Assembly (NCBI GenBank): GCA_049724395.1
Contig: JAUGWO010000124.1
Coordinates: 62,001-98,991, forward strand
Origin: Spongospora subterranea f. sp. subterranea
Lineage: Eukaryota
Length of the DNA: 36,991 nt
Direction: 5' to 3'
Below the pieces are notes generated by a model that did no database searches, had not been told where the DNA came from, and worked only from the letters and a program-made list of their open reading frames with translations. This document shows positions 12,928 through 24,620 of the stretch, one piece after another. The translations under genes were made by a program, and so were the position numbers. Positions within the stretch are counted from its first letter, which is position 1; each line of letters opens with the position of its first letter.

Positions 12928-13237
12928 AGAAAACAGGTGCACTGCCAAGTCAATTAGTCGATGAACCGATGGTTCGAATCGCTTAACCTAGGCAATCTGT
13001 CCTAGACGGTCATGGCCAGGACTGAAATATGCACCAGGATATGATGACAGCAGCAGTGGGTTCCTTCCACGGTTTGCCCTCACGGACTTAGGTATCAGTG
13101 TACATACATGATATGTACACGCTGACTGCGTTTTTCTGACCGGGGGTGATCCAAAATGCCCATGAAAATGGTTGATACTTGCTGTGCAAGCTGAGAAACC
13201 GAGTTTCGTTAATTGGCGTTCGCTGTAAAGGAGACAC

Positions 13238-13447
13238 CACCAAGGTCGGGAAGTGCAGTGTGTATATATTGTAAATGGGCTGTGTGTAGGGCGAGATACG
13301 GTTGACCCACCAAGGTCGGGAAGTGCAGTGTGTATATAATGTAAATGGGTTGTTTGTATGGCGAGATACGGTTGACCCACCAAGGTCGGGAAGGCAGTGT
13401 GTATATAATGTACATGGGTTGTGTGTACGGCGAAATACGGTTGACCC
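13238..13447. repeat. Minisatellite: 3 tandem copies of a ~70-bp unit
   Basis: Unit caccaaggtcgggaagtgcagtgtgtatataatgtaaatgggttgtgtgtatggcgagatacggttgacc starts at 13238, 13308 and 13378, with a few substitutions and a 1-nt deletion in copy 3. Confidence 0.95.
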
Positions 13448-13609
13448 GCTTCCTTGGTAATGAGTGAAACAGTGAATAGTCACGCAATATTTCCCCACTT
13501 TACCAATCCAGTGTGAGCGGTGGCGGTGTACTGTACTGCCCATACACTGCCCATACTGTAACTCATATTTGGTGCCAGGACGAGGACGTGGCTTGTTCAT
13601 ATCCATTCA

Positions 13610-14145
13610 ATGGAGCTACCAATGGAAAGGGCCGGATTTGACAACGATTCTGACTCGGATGATGAAACTGGGCTGGCCTACGAAAATCCCTATAAACGTC
13701 AAAAAACGGATCTGAGCCCAAGTAAGCTTCTGTTCATCCTTTTTCCTTTCACCGATAAAAATTGCTTGCCTTAGTCGCACGTTCATCTTCCGACGCTCCT
13801 GCTGACTCTTTTTTACACAAAAAGCAGCCCGACCCACATCCGTTTCGCAACCTGTTTCAAAAAGAACTTCGGCAAATGATGTATGGAAGCGGGGATGTTA
13901 GTAATCCATTGCCGGAATCACTGGATATGTTGGAAGATATGACCGTCGACTTCATTACGCAAATGACAAGAATGGCCGCACAGATTGCTGGCAATCGAGA
14001 TCGTATTCGTAAAGATGATCTTTTATTTGCCGTTAGGGATCAGCCGAGAATGTTTGCGCGAGCAAACGAGTTGCTGCGAATGAACCGGATTGTTTCAGAA
14101 GCCACAAAAAAGATTGACAATACTGATATTAAGAAATTAAGGTGA
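13610..14145 (+). CDS. TAF13: TFIID subunit 13 (histone-fold TAF)
   Basis: LFQKELRQMMYGSGDVSNPLPESLDMLEDMTVDFITQM...DDLLFAVRDQPRMFARANELLRMN matches the TAF13 pattern. Exon 1 from ATG 13610 joins in frame across a 53-bp GT-AG intron at 13722-13774. Confidence 0.88.
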
Positions 14146-14177
14146 TGCTACATTCCCAGTTACAAATATTTAATGAT

Positions 14178-17099
14178 TTATTTATTGATAAAATGGTTTT
14201 GATTGAGTACTCTAAACACATCTGATTGCGATGGCCGGGTTTTGGTTGTTGGAGTGGCAGCATTCGATTTATGAACTCGCTTTCCATGTCGCTTGAGATG
14301 TACAGAATCTGTGTCAAATCCTGGTGCCGTTTGTTGCTCCGTTTTTATCGTATCGAAAACGAAACCTTTTTGCAACGATGTTGTGCGAGATATTGTTGAA
14401 AGTGCAGTTATTCGAGCTACTTCCTCTGGTTTCTGCCCCAAAAACGAACCCTTTTTCTCCAACAAAGAAAGTTTTCCTCCTAAGGAGTCCATTGCTGTAC
14501 GTGATAGACTGACTCCTGGCTTACTCGGACGGCTGGCAATCCACTTTTTGATTTCTTTGGAGCTATCGCTACGCTGCAATACACTGGACCCGTTTTTCAT
14601 TCGGCAAAGGTCCTACTCGTTGTTTTTTCATTAGTATAGCGTCCAGAGATTAATATTACTCAATAGCATTACCAATGGGTTTCTGCTGGATTTGAAAACA
14701 CGTTCTTCTTGCTTTTCTTGGTCCACGAGATTGAGGGCAACAGTTGCTGCAGCGGTATTGCGGACCTAACAGTCAAATCGTTCGAATGTTAGACTCAATC
14801 GAGCAGATCAACTCACTACACACACCTTGCGCTCAGCGATAAGAAGCCGTTTCAACGATTCGCGAGGGACATGTCGTTTCCGAAAATACAGAGCTTTATC
14901 GAACCCAAGCTCTTCATCTTCGTCGGATTGGGGTCTGTTTGACCCAGCAACATTGGGTTGTTTCTTGCGATATGATCTAGATAGTTTGTTTCTAAAAGCC
15001 AACAAGGTTGGTGAAGAAAATAAATGTCTGACGAAAACATACTGCTCATTTGGACGTGATAAAGGAGCAAAACGCGTTTTAACTTTCTCAAGACCAAGGC
15101 GATCGATCTCATCCATTTCTTCGGCGTGACGCTGCGCAATCAACTGACGATTATCATCTTGAATAAAGGACTCATCAAGAAGATCGGTGACGGGTTCTGT
15201 TTCGTTGCCGTCGGAATCTTCGCTCGCAGAAGGGTTGGAAATGCCATCTTCTTCGGCCTCGATATCGAGAAAGCTGTGCTGATTGCGCAAGCCGTCAATG
15301 GACGGGTTTGTGGCATTTCTCTCACTAGTTTGCCCGACCCCAACTTCTTGCTCGTCACCGATGTTCAAAGTTGAGCAACCATCAGAATCACAATCGTTCG
15401 CAAATTCGTCATTTTTGTGGGTGTTATCCATAAGACATTCGCTATGCTCATTGCGTAATACTTCCTCGGCGGGATCTATGTCAGGATCTTCAAATTCTAA
15501 TCTTTCATCGTGACCCAAATCATTGTCTTCGCCCTTTGACCTCTCAGCAGCCAGATCAAGGTCATCATCTGTGTCGCCACGTTCATCCTCATCAGAGACG
15601 CCCTGTGATTCAGGTATAACATCGGTCACTTCATCAAACCTCACTAGAGATTGTGCCCGAAGTATCCTTGATTCATTCTGCAATTGTCCTATCAATTTTC
15701 GTCGCGCTGATGGTACCGCTGATCCTTGATATAATCCGCACGTCGAACGTGTACGAACAATTGGCTTGGAATTTTGACTGGCTTTCTTTGAATCCTGCTT
15801 AGATAGCAGCCGATGATGGTTAATGCCTAAGTTGAATTGACAGCTATTAATTGCAGCTTCGTCTTCTCCAGATAAATCAATCTCTAGCTCCACGTCATCA
15901 TCCCCAGAATGTGTCCTTGCTGGAACTTGATGAGCACCCTTCTCACAAATATCTAGTTCCAGCGCTCGGGCTGATATTTTTTTCAGCAGACTATTCAAGA
16001 GACCTTGACTACGATCCTCTTGAAAATTGTTTGGAACTTCTCTCGTGGCAGCACGCTGTTGGGGCTTGTTGAAATCATTTTGGTTTATCGACTTATCAAC
16101 TGTTGGCAGTTCCGAGACAGTTGTTGAACGTGCGTCTATGCTAGAATGATTTCTATCTAACGCTAGATTGCTCTTGGAATTTTCATTTTCAGAATGAACC
16201 AGTGGATCGGGAATGGCTAAACCCAAGTCGGAATCGTCGTCAGTGTTGCTGACTGAGGGTTTTTCAATAAATTTCTTCAACTTTCTTTTCTTCGAGTTCT
16301 GCACTTTGTTAGAATTTGTTTTTGAATTCTCATCTTCAGAATGAACCACTGGATCGGGAATAGCAAGATCAAAATCTGAATCGTCGTCAGTGTTGCTGAC
16401 TGAGGGTTTTGCGATAAACCTTTTCAGTTTTTTTTCCTTCGAGTTCTGCACTTTGTTAGAATTTGTTTTTGAATTCTCATTTTCAGAATGAACCACTGGA
16501 TCGGGAATGGCTAGATCAACATCTAAATCGTCGTCAGTGTTGCTGACTGAGGGTTTTGCGATAAACCTCTTCAGCTTTCTTTTCTGCGGGTTCTGCACTT
16601 TTTTAGCATTGGATTCGTACTGTCTTTCATGATACTGAGCGTAAAAAATCTTGGACACGATTTTCTCTGAATTTGTGGGAATAGTCGTTTGAGTGCATCC
16701 AGACTGGATGTGGTTGAAAGCCACACTTTGGACATCGTTTGTGTGTGTTGGTGCTTGGTATTCGACGTCTAAATTGTCATTAGACAAGGCGTTTGCCATA
16801 ATCTCGACCGAAGAAAACCCAGAAGTGATAAGTGCCTCGCACTCTAGCCCTTCATTTTGCTCGATGTTTTCATCGTCATCGGATGACACCAAGACACGGT
16901 TTTTGTTTCTTTTGACGAGTCGCGATTTCGGAGACGCCGGATCACACTCATTAGCTGTTTCCTGGACGTGAAAAGGATCATCAAAGTCTTCGACAGCGAC
17001 ATTATATGCTGGTTCTGTGTCTGCGTGTTGAGTTCTCAAAGCTAGCACTTGCTGCAGGACATCAGTATCGCTGGATTGTGATCCGCTGTCCTCGTCCAT
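14178..17099 (-). CDS. Large acidic low-complexity protein, possibly Mrc1/Claspin-like replication checkpoint mediator (multi-exon)
   Basis: The 763-aa D/E/S-rich ORF splices to the 14178-14600 ORF through short exons. FLDIEAEED...acidic tract...IAQRHAEEMDEIDRLGLEKV resembles the MRC1-like domain. The CDS is well supported; the family is tentative. Confidence 0.5.
16175..16605 (-). repeat. Coding tandem repeat, 3 x 147 bp (49 aa)
   Basis: tcgtcgtcagtgttgctgactgagggtttt recurs at 16234, 16381 and 16528 (period 147). Protein unit KVQNSKEKKLKRFIAKPSVSNTDDDSDFDLAIPDPVVHSEDENSKTNSN. Confidence 0.95.
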
Positions 17100-17400
17100 G
17101 GAGCCGATAATGCCTGACCGCAGTGGCAGGCGGCAGCGACCCTCTAGGGCTCTGGCTCTGCCCCCTGTTTACTCTGGTCAGTGTCCACTCATGTACATGA
17201 TCATGTATGCCGTCATAACTCTCATTCGCTTCCGCCAGTTGTCATCAATCGACTTTCGTAGCAGACGCGACATCACACGTGTTAACATCAATGACATGGC
17301 AACCATGTTTGGGATAAAGAAATTCCTGAACGGACAGACTTCGTGTGGCGCAGTTCGATATTGTTATGTTTGCGATTTGCTTTATGTAATACAAACACGT

Positions 17401-18307
17401 CTATGCTTTGGTTCTTTTACAGCACAGGCGATTACAATGCAAAACCTTGGGTGTCATTCTAACTCCATCTGCATCATTTCCACACAAAACATCATCCTTG
17501 GCCATTACACCCATATCTTTGCCTTTGAGCATGTTTATCATGTTTTCTCTCCCCTCTGAACTAAGACTTTTTAGGATTGCCTTGGTCATTTCGACGTTGA
17601 AATCTTTTGGGATATTTCTAGTCAAAGCTAGTGGATGTTGTTTCAGTTGTCCTTCTATGTTGCTTCCGGCAGTGATCAGTTCTTTGATCAAGCTTTGAGC
17701 CAGTGTTATAGAATCTAGTTCTTTCATGCTAGCTCTCACTTGTTCAACTGTTGCGTTTTCTGGCAATCCAGGTGCAACAGCATGCAAAATCTTGGGTGTC
17801 ACTCAATGATGTTTTCCTCTAAAAAATGGCCACAATATGAGGAAGTGTTATGGTCGTATAGTTTCCTCCAAAATTCTCTCGACTCTAGATGCAGCGCCGA
17901 ATAAAATATTGCAAAAATACATGGACAATAAACAGGCTACGAAGGTCACACATGTCGACGAATTTGTATTGAGCGACACATGATTTGACCCTATGACTCT
18001 GCTGTTCTACAACAGCAACAAAATCAATATACCGAGTAGTAAAAATACCACCGCTTGAAGTGACTGCAGAAAATGATGGCAGGCAATACAGAGAGTGCAT
18101 CAAACAGGAACATATCGGAACACACAGTCCACCAATGAACGACGCAACTTCCGTAGCATTTTTTGTTGTTCCAAACGCTCTCAAAACGTAAAATACACTA
18201 ACTCGGTATACGTCATCGTAGGTGTTAGGCGCGGTGCCAGCCTCAGCAATCCTTTCGCCTAAACCGGATGGGATCCGGGCAGATGATATGATGATGAAAA
18301 CAAACAA
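17401..18307 (-). pseudogene. Possible degenerate or spliced orphan gene (helical protein)
   Basis: The 133-aa ORF 17401-17802 has protein-like composition and a repeated TPKILH/TPKVLH motif. The upstream ORF begins with a hydrophobic stretch, but there is no clean ATG and there are in-frame stops. Confidence 0.3.
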
Positions 18308-18391
18308 GCTACAGCACTAACCTATGTCACGGAGTCCGAAATCCTTATACAAAAGGGCCGTTGAAGTGTATTGTCAAATAGTTATTCTATA

Positions 18392-20393
18392 ATGGTATCG
18401 CCTTCATTGGCGGCCGTCAACGGCGTTGTCGCTGGCCTTCAAAAATCAGGCAATCAGAATGGCAAATCGAAACGAGCGCAACGCCGACAGAGGCAAAAAC
18501 AGTCAAAACAGGAAATGAGGGTCGCTGAGAATGCTATGTATATGCAGCCTGAATCGGATATAAAACCAGTTCGTTGGTCTGATTCAACATCATGGAGACG
18601 TATTCAATGTAGTGTATTTCTCTTATAGGATGAAGAATCAGCTATCGAAGTGACGTACGTTCCAGAAAAAATCGGCGCTGAAGAGCCATTGTTCGAATAT
18701 TTTGGGGACGTCTTCGAGCGATTTGCCGCCAGCGGACTGAAATCTGAAGAACCAGAAGTGACAATCATACCTGCTAAAGACGAAGAAGTCGCTGATGGAT
18801 CAGATTCGGAAGAAGACGAGGTTTTTTATTTAGCATTTTCAGTTTTTTTTTGGCTCATCAATGAAATTTATTAATAGGTGGACGAATCAATCAGCCAAAG
18901 GCAGCTTCGAAAGCTAAACCGTATGACGGTGTCTGAACTGAAACAGGCCACCGCATTTCCCGAAGTTGTTGATGTTCATGATGTTTGCTGCAGCGATCCC
19001 ATTCTTTTGGTTCAACTCAAATCTTGTAGAAATTCTGTCCCTGTGCCCGTACATTGGTCGCAAAAGCGCAAATATTTACAAGGAAAACGTGGGCAAGAAA
19101 AGAGCTCTTTCAAACTACCAGATTATATTGAAGCGACTGGTATTGCTTCAATTCGTCAGGCTCAAGCAGAACAGGATCAAGAAAAGAAAGCTAAAGCCAA
19201 ACAGAGGTATGGCATTCTCAAATTCAGTTCGTGTCAGTGTTTAAACGAATATTAGAGAAAAAATGCAGCCGAAAATGAACAGGATTGATATTGACTATCA
19301 GATTCTTCACGATGCTTTTTTCCGGAATCAAGCCACCATGAAACTTGCTATTCATGGGGATATCTATTATGAAGGAAAAGAATTCCAAGTCAACGTAAGG
19401 GTCATTTTTTGGTTTACTTCATTGTGCCGAATAATCTGCGTCAGGTGAAAACGGCACGTCCCGGTATCCTTTCCCAAGCATTAAAGGATGCGCTTGGCAT
19501 TCGTGATGGTTCACCGCCTCCTTGGTTAATTAATATGCAACGATTCGGTCCACCGCCCTCGTACAGGAATCTTAAGATTCCCGGTCTCAATGCCCCACTT
19601 CCTTCCGGTGCATCTTATGGTTATGGCGATGGACAATGGGGAAAGCCCCCTGTTGACCATCTTGGTATGTTTGGATTTAACGTCATTGAGTTCTTTCTAA
19701 CGGCCTTTTCCAGGAATCCCACTGTATGGTGATCCTTTTGGTCTATCAGTTGAGCCGGAGACGGAGCCCTTACCGATTGATAATCTGGAACCTTGGGGCG
19801 AAATTATTGCCGAAGAAGAAGAAGAAGAGATCGAAGAAGAGGACGTCCAGGAAGAGGATATGGAACAAGAAGAAGATGAAACCGGAATTGAATCCGTGGC
19901 TTCATTCGCCTCTGGCCTCATTACCCCAGACACGTTTGATCTTCGTAAAGGACCCATCGGACTTGAGACTCCTGAACTGGACTTACGCAAACAAGGCAGC
20001 AAAGCAGCTTTATCAGGTACTTTCTTTTATAGTCGTGTATCGGTCTTGCGTTGAACGATGATTAAGGTCCTGGAGCAACAAGAAATGCCTGTTGGTGATG
20101 CTTTGTATGGATCGAGCCACACTTACAAGGTGCCATTGGCGTCCAGCGGCAGTGCTGCAGTGGCGAGCCAGTTGTCTGACGGCCAAGTTGACTTGGCTCT
20201 GGCCCCAGAAGACTTGGCGAACATGGACGAAGCTGCTCTTTCACGGCGTTATCAAGAACAGATTGAAGCGGTCAAGGCTATGAGAACATCGACGGAAAGC
20301 GTTAGCGATGTTGTCTTGGAAGAAACTCGAAAGCGAAAGCGGAAAGAGGAAACCAAGAGCAAAACTAAGAAATTCAAAGATTTTAAGTTCTAA
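18392..20393 (+). CDS. SF3B2: Splicing factor 3B subunit 2 (SAP145/Cus1), multi-exon
   Basis: RMTVSELKQ...PEVVDVHD...RNSVPVPVHWSQKRKYLQGKRG, MQPKMNRIDIDYQILHDAFF, YYEGKEF, PPPWLINMQRFGPPPSYRNLKIPGLNAPLP...GQWGKPPVD and C-terminal KKFKDFKF*. Confidence 0.97.
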
Positions 20394-20664
20394 ACTCGAA
20401 GATTCTCCACTTCTAATGTTTTCTTTTTCATTTTGACTCTGATTTCCGGCTTTGAGACTGCTTATCACACCCGATTACCGATAGCTGGCTTGTTTGGCAC
20501 TGAGTGTTCCACCGTTGGACCAAGAATGGGGGGGGGGCGGCCCCGCCCCACTCCGCCTTAGGACTGAGCGAGAGGAGAGGAGACCCTGATCGCCTATCCT
20601 GATTGAGTGATTCCTGGTCCCGTTGAAGGGAGCGGGCAGGGATAGGAAGCGACCAGGTCCCATC

Positions 20665-22263
20665 ATGGTCATGATTGTAGACGGGGCGAGGCCGATTGGA
20701 ACGCCATCGTTCAGTCTCTCCAGCCGTCACAGTATTAGCAAGACCTCTCTGTCGATGATGGGGTTCCTAGGAAAAAAGAATATTAGTCTAGCCCAAACAA
20801 CCAAGTCCTTTGGGCATTTATTCGATGACCGACCCCCAATTGTACAAATTAAGGAGATTACTTTATTCGAGGGCGTTGTTCATGGATTTCTACCTAGTAT
20901 GCTCGTTCACACTGATATCGACCGTTGCCCTTTCTTATCGTTGTACGCAATGCAGATTTACCAATCAAATTGAAGCTAACCGATCAGCATTTGCATCACA
21001 AACCAGGAATATCTTATCATCTACTTGAATTACATGCAGTCAAATGCGATCCTCTGGAGCCAAAAGGGCTACTTGTGCAATGGCTTAGACCTAAATCCAA
21101 TACTCGAAGCATTGGCACGAAGGTATGAAAGCTCAGATAAGAGGTCGACATCATCTATTTGATAGATTGGTAGGTTAAAGGAGAGGTCCTGGGATCTATT
21201 TTGAATGCCCAGGAATTGATATTGGTTGAGCGATATAACTGCTTGACCATACGCGATAAGGAGACCATATTTATAATCCTCGATTACATGTCGAAATTTC
21301 TATGGCAAACTCTCTGCGAAGAATCGTTTATCCCTAGTCCGGAAATCTACCAAACCCACGTTTTGGTTCTTAAAGTTAATCGAAAAGGTCAGAGTCAGCC
21401 CCGAGTTCTTGTTTTATCGACCTGCTGGCTATATAATGTTGAATGCCATTATGGGCCAATCTCAATAAGGCAGGCTAAGGTTGGGTTCGTAGGCTGTTGA
21501 AATGGTTCGATTAGGTCCTCACGTAATGATTAGTGGGCGATTCCCGTCCAAGCAATTGTTGAATTACAGCTCGGATACCGTCAAGAATCGCCCATGCTGA
21601 CACTCTTGGCCAATGAAGAAATCCTCTCGTCCTCAATGGATACGTATCATTTATTTAGAAGTCAGGATCCGCCAAAAAGTCGACAGATCTTTTGTTTTTG
21701 CACCGCCGTCGATCTAGAATCGTTCGTCACTCAGTTGTGCTATATTTTTTTCACACTGAATGGCAAAGAGCTGCATGTTAATCAGTCAGAGAAATATTCA
21801 ACCCAGGTCTTCTACTTTTCAGTAAATTAGTAGCGGAAATATTTACAAAATTGCACTTAGGTAAGACGGTTGGATCTGGAAATTGTGTCGATTGTCCATG
21901 GATTCCTCATGAAGCATCGGAAAAATAAGACGGGAGCACCTCATAGAAGATATGTGGCTCTATCTGAAACAGGGATTATATCGTGGTCAGAAGATCCGAA
22001 CTCCTTCAAGATGTTATCTGGTTTGTTTGTTTTTTTTTTATTTTTTTAAGCGACAATTATCGATGAGTGAAATAGCTCAGGTCGTAAACTGCCCAGAGGG
22101 TGAAGCTGATAAGGAGACGTTGACATTTGTCGTAAAAACAACCAGTAAAACGTTGCAATTTGTCGCTGAGACAATGGAAGAGTACCAATTATGGGTGAAT
22201 GCTTTGCAAACGGTGGCTAGAAACGCCGGCCCCAAGGCTACCAGAAGGACAAACATTGTCTAA
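20665..22263 (+). CDS. PH-domain protein with an additional upstream PH-like/TH1-like region, multi-exon
   Basis: C-terminal HGFLMKHRK...HRRYVAL...ISWSE...TFVVKTTSKTLQFVAETMEEYQLWVNALQ is a typical PH domain. The central VLKVNRKGQSQPRVLVLS resembles PH-like folds such as myosin TH1. Start uncertain. Confidence 0.7.
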
Positions 22264-22367
22264 GGATGAATCAATTGAGATTTGAGATAATCAATGCTAC
22301 TTTACATAATAATATAAATAGTACTATTATACTGCCCAGACGGCTACGAAAATATAATTTTACATAA

Positions 22368-23282
22368 CTATAAATAAAATCTCCTTCGGCTCGTGTCCAT
22401 CTCCGGCCGATGTTTCCATTCGTATTCGCCATTTATCGTATCAAATGTGCCATGCTGCAAACTTTTCAACTTCAATGTGAACTGTGGTCCAAGCTCCTGG
22501 AGATCCACCATTTTTCCTGCATCGTCGAAAACATAACGATGCTGTCGGAAGAAGATGAAATCGCGCTGATTGTGGAAAGTGACAGCTCGACGGCCTGTGA
22601 ATTCTGGCTGTTGGTCAAAAAGGGACGCCAACATCCGACCAACCCGGTTTCCAAGACGAGTATTGAAGTGGTTAAGAACAACCTCTGGTTGATGGTTGGT
22701 CATGACTCCATGCCCAGCAATTTCACTGTTCAGCTTCACATTGGTCAACTTGAATTGAGCTGTAGGGCCTCCAGGTAAATGGATTAACAGCAATCCATTT
22801 AGGATTTTACGATCCTCATTGATGATTATCAGATCAGTGAACCCCTTATTGATCGCCTCCTTTACAATATCTTTGATTTCAAAGTCTCGACGCTTGTAAA
22901 AAGCGGAGTTTGGAATCGCTTGTAGTAAATCGGATATGAAATCGAATGTGCGAATGGAAGGTTTTCGGCAAGTTGTGATGGCAATTTTGGGTTTCAGTCC
23001 TGCCTTGAAATACGACGAGAATTCGTCCATTTCTTGTTCTTGAATGATTTCATTGTCTTGAGGATCGACCATAGTGTCATCCTTCTCTCGAGTGGATTCT
23101 TGTGTCTTTTGTGGCACGATTGGTGGTGCATCCTCGGCCCCTTCAGCCCTCTTCTTCTGACGTTCTCTTCGATGCAGTGTTGCGTCCCGCTTTTTCTTGG
23201 CCTTTGACTGCAGATACACATCATTGCGCTTGATCTTGTTCTTTATTGAAGGGGCATCCTTTGGATGAATAGTTGCCGTCAT
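22368..23282 (-). CDS. RPF1: Ribosome production factor 1 (Brix domain), intronless
   Basis: IKNKIKR, PKIAITT, HLPGGPTAQFKL, PEVVLNHFNTRLG, TFHNQRDFIFFRQHRY, LQELGPQFTLKL and EYEWKHRPEMDTSRRRFYL*. Confidence 0.96.
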   Translation of the reverse strand: MTATIHPKDAPSIKNKIKRNDVYLQSKAKKKRDATLHRRERQKKRAEGAEDAPPIVPQKTQESTREKDDTMVDPQDNEIIQEQEMDEFSSYFKAGLKPKIAITTCRKPSIRTFDFISDLLQAIPNSAFYKRRDFEIKDIVKEAINKGFTDLIIINEDRKILNGLLLIHLPGGPTAQFKLTNVKLNSEIAGHGVMTNHQPEVVLNHFNTRLGNRVGRMLASLFDQQPEFTGRRAVTFHNQRDFIFFRQHRYVFDDAGKMVDLQELGPQFTLKLKSLQHGTFDTINGEYEWKHRPEMDTSRRRFYL

Positions 23283-23516
23283 TGGTCACAGGGCAAAGGC
23301 CAATGTCAGGAAAGTGCAAATATTCTTGATGGCAAATCGCAGTCCGCGACGGACTCCGCCAACTGAAAACTGACACGCAAACTGTTCGGAGAAGTCAACG
23401 TCATAATTATTCTACAAAATAATTCTGTACAACGACTTAAAACACGTCCTACGTGGAAATGAGGAACGATTTTACATTCGTTTTCCATCACTTCAGCCAA
23501 AACCTAATGGAAATTC

Positions 23517-24620
23517 ATTACCTGGAGCAACCGGAAGGGTTCGCGGTGCAGAACGAGAATGGCGAGATGGTATGCAAGTTGAAGAAAGCCATATATGGCC
23601 TGAAGCAGGCGGGTCGCGTTGGTAAGACCAGATAAACGAGTACTTGAAAAGCGAAGGCTTCATCGCGACGAACGCGGATCCATGCCTGTATTGTCGACGC
23701 TCTGAAGACAATGTCACATTCATCGCCATATATGTCGACGACTTGATGATGGGCGATGAATGTGACATTGTCTTCAGAGCGTCGACAATACAGGGATCCG
23801 CGTTCGTCGCCTTTCAAGTACTCGTTTATCTGGTGCCACCAAACGCGACCCGCCTGCTTCAGGCCATTTGGTGGTGGCATCATCAAGCACAACCATCATC
23901 AAGAAAACAGAGGATTTCCTTAAAAGAAGATGTTCAATGAAACCCGTTGATGACATCGCGTACTTACTCAGCATCAAACTCGAGCGAGAGAGGGGCAAGA
24001 ACTCGATTGTCATGAGTCAAGAGTCCTATGCGAAGGAGATACTTGTCCGGTATCAGATGCAAGATTGCAAGCCAGCGAACACCCCATCTATTATCACAAC
24101 GACAAGTCTGAGTGACTCAATCGGCAAAGTAAAGATTCCTTATTCAGCTGCTGTTGGATCCCTGATGTACCTGATGCTGGGAACAAGACCAGATATTGCA
24201 CAAGCGATGGGAGCAGTCTCACGACACACGAGCAATCCGAGTGAGCAAGATGTAGTGGCACTCAAGAGAGTTTTACGATATGTCGCAGGTACTATGTCGA
24301 TGGGGATCAAGTACGACGGTAAGATATCAAGCAATCATCTTCTTGGGTTCGCCGACGCCGTTTATGCCGGCAGCGAGGTGAATCGAAAGTCGACATCGGG
24401 AGTTATCTTTATGATGAACGGTGGTCCGATAAGTTGGACAAGCAGATTGCAACGGTGTGTGTCCCTGTCAACAACTGAAGCTGAATACGTGGCGTTATTC
24501 TCAGCAGCACAAGAGGCGTCATGGCTTCGCGGTCTGCTTAAGGATACGGGATTCGAACAGGATGCGCCAACGATCATCTATGAGGATAATCAGGCGGCAA
24601 TCGCGCTCGCAAACACATTC
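23517..24620 (+). mobile_element. Ty1/Copia retrotransposon fragment (RT and RNase H), truncated at both ends, frameshifted
   Basis: YLEQPEGF, VCKLKKAIYGLKQAGR, DPCLY, IYVDDL, PYSAAVGSLMYLMLGTRPDIA, RKSTSG, LSTTEAEYVA and IYEDNQAAIALA. No LTR, gag or integrase seen. Confidence 0.95.
23595..23867. repeat. Long imperfect inverted repeat (fold-back) inside Copia RT
   Basis: Left arm 23595-23727 is the reverse complement of right arm 23752-23867 apart from small indels. The 24-nt loop atatatgtcgacgacttgatgatg encodes IYVDDLMM. Confidence 0.95.

Noticed and set aside
12960..12990. GGTTCGAATC T-loop-like motif (also at about 31165)
   Set aside because: The flanks do not form a T-stem or cloverleaf, so this is not a tRNA.
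13238..13447. CRISPR-like appearance of the 70-bp repeats
   Set aside because: The intervening sequences are near-identical rather than unique spacers, there are no cas genes, and the context is eukaryotic.
12988..13606. ORFs of 131, 172 and 92 aa over the minisatellite
   Set aside because: They are by-products of the repeat and show no protein-family signal.
23518..23892. Minus-strand RT-like ORFs suggesting a second Copia element
   Set aside because: They are explained by the inverted duplication of the same RT segment.
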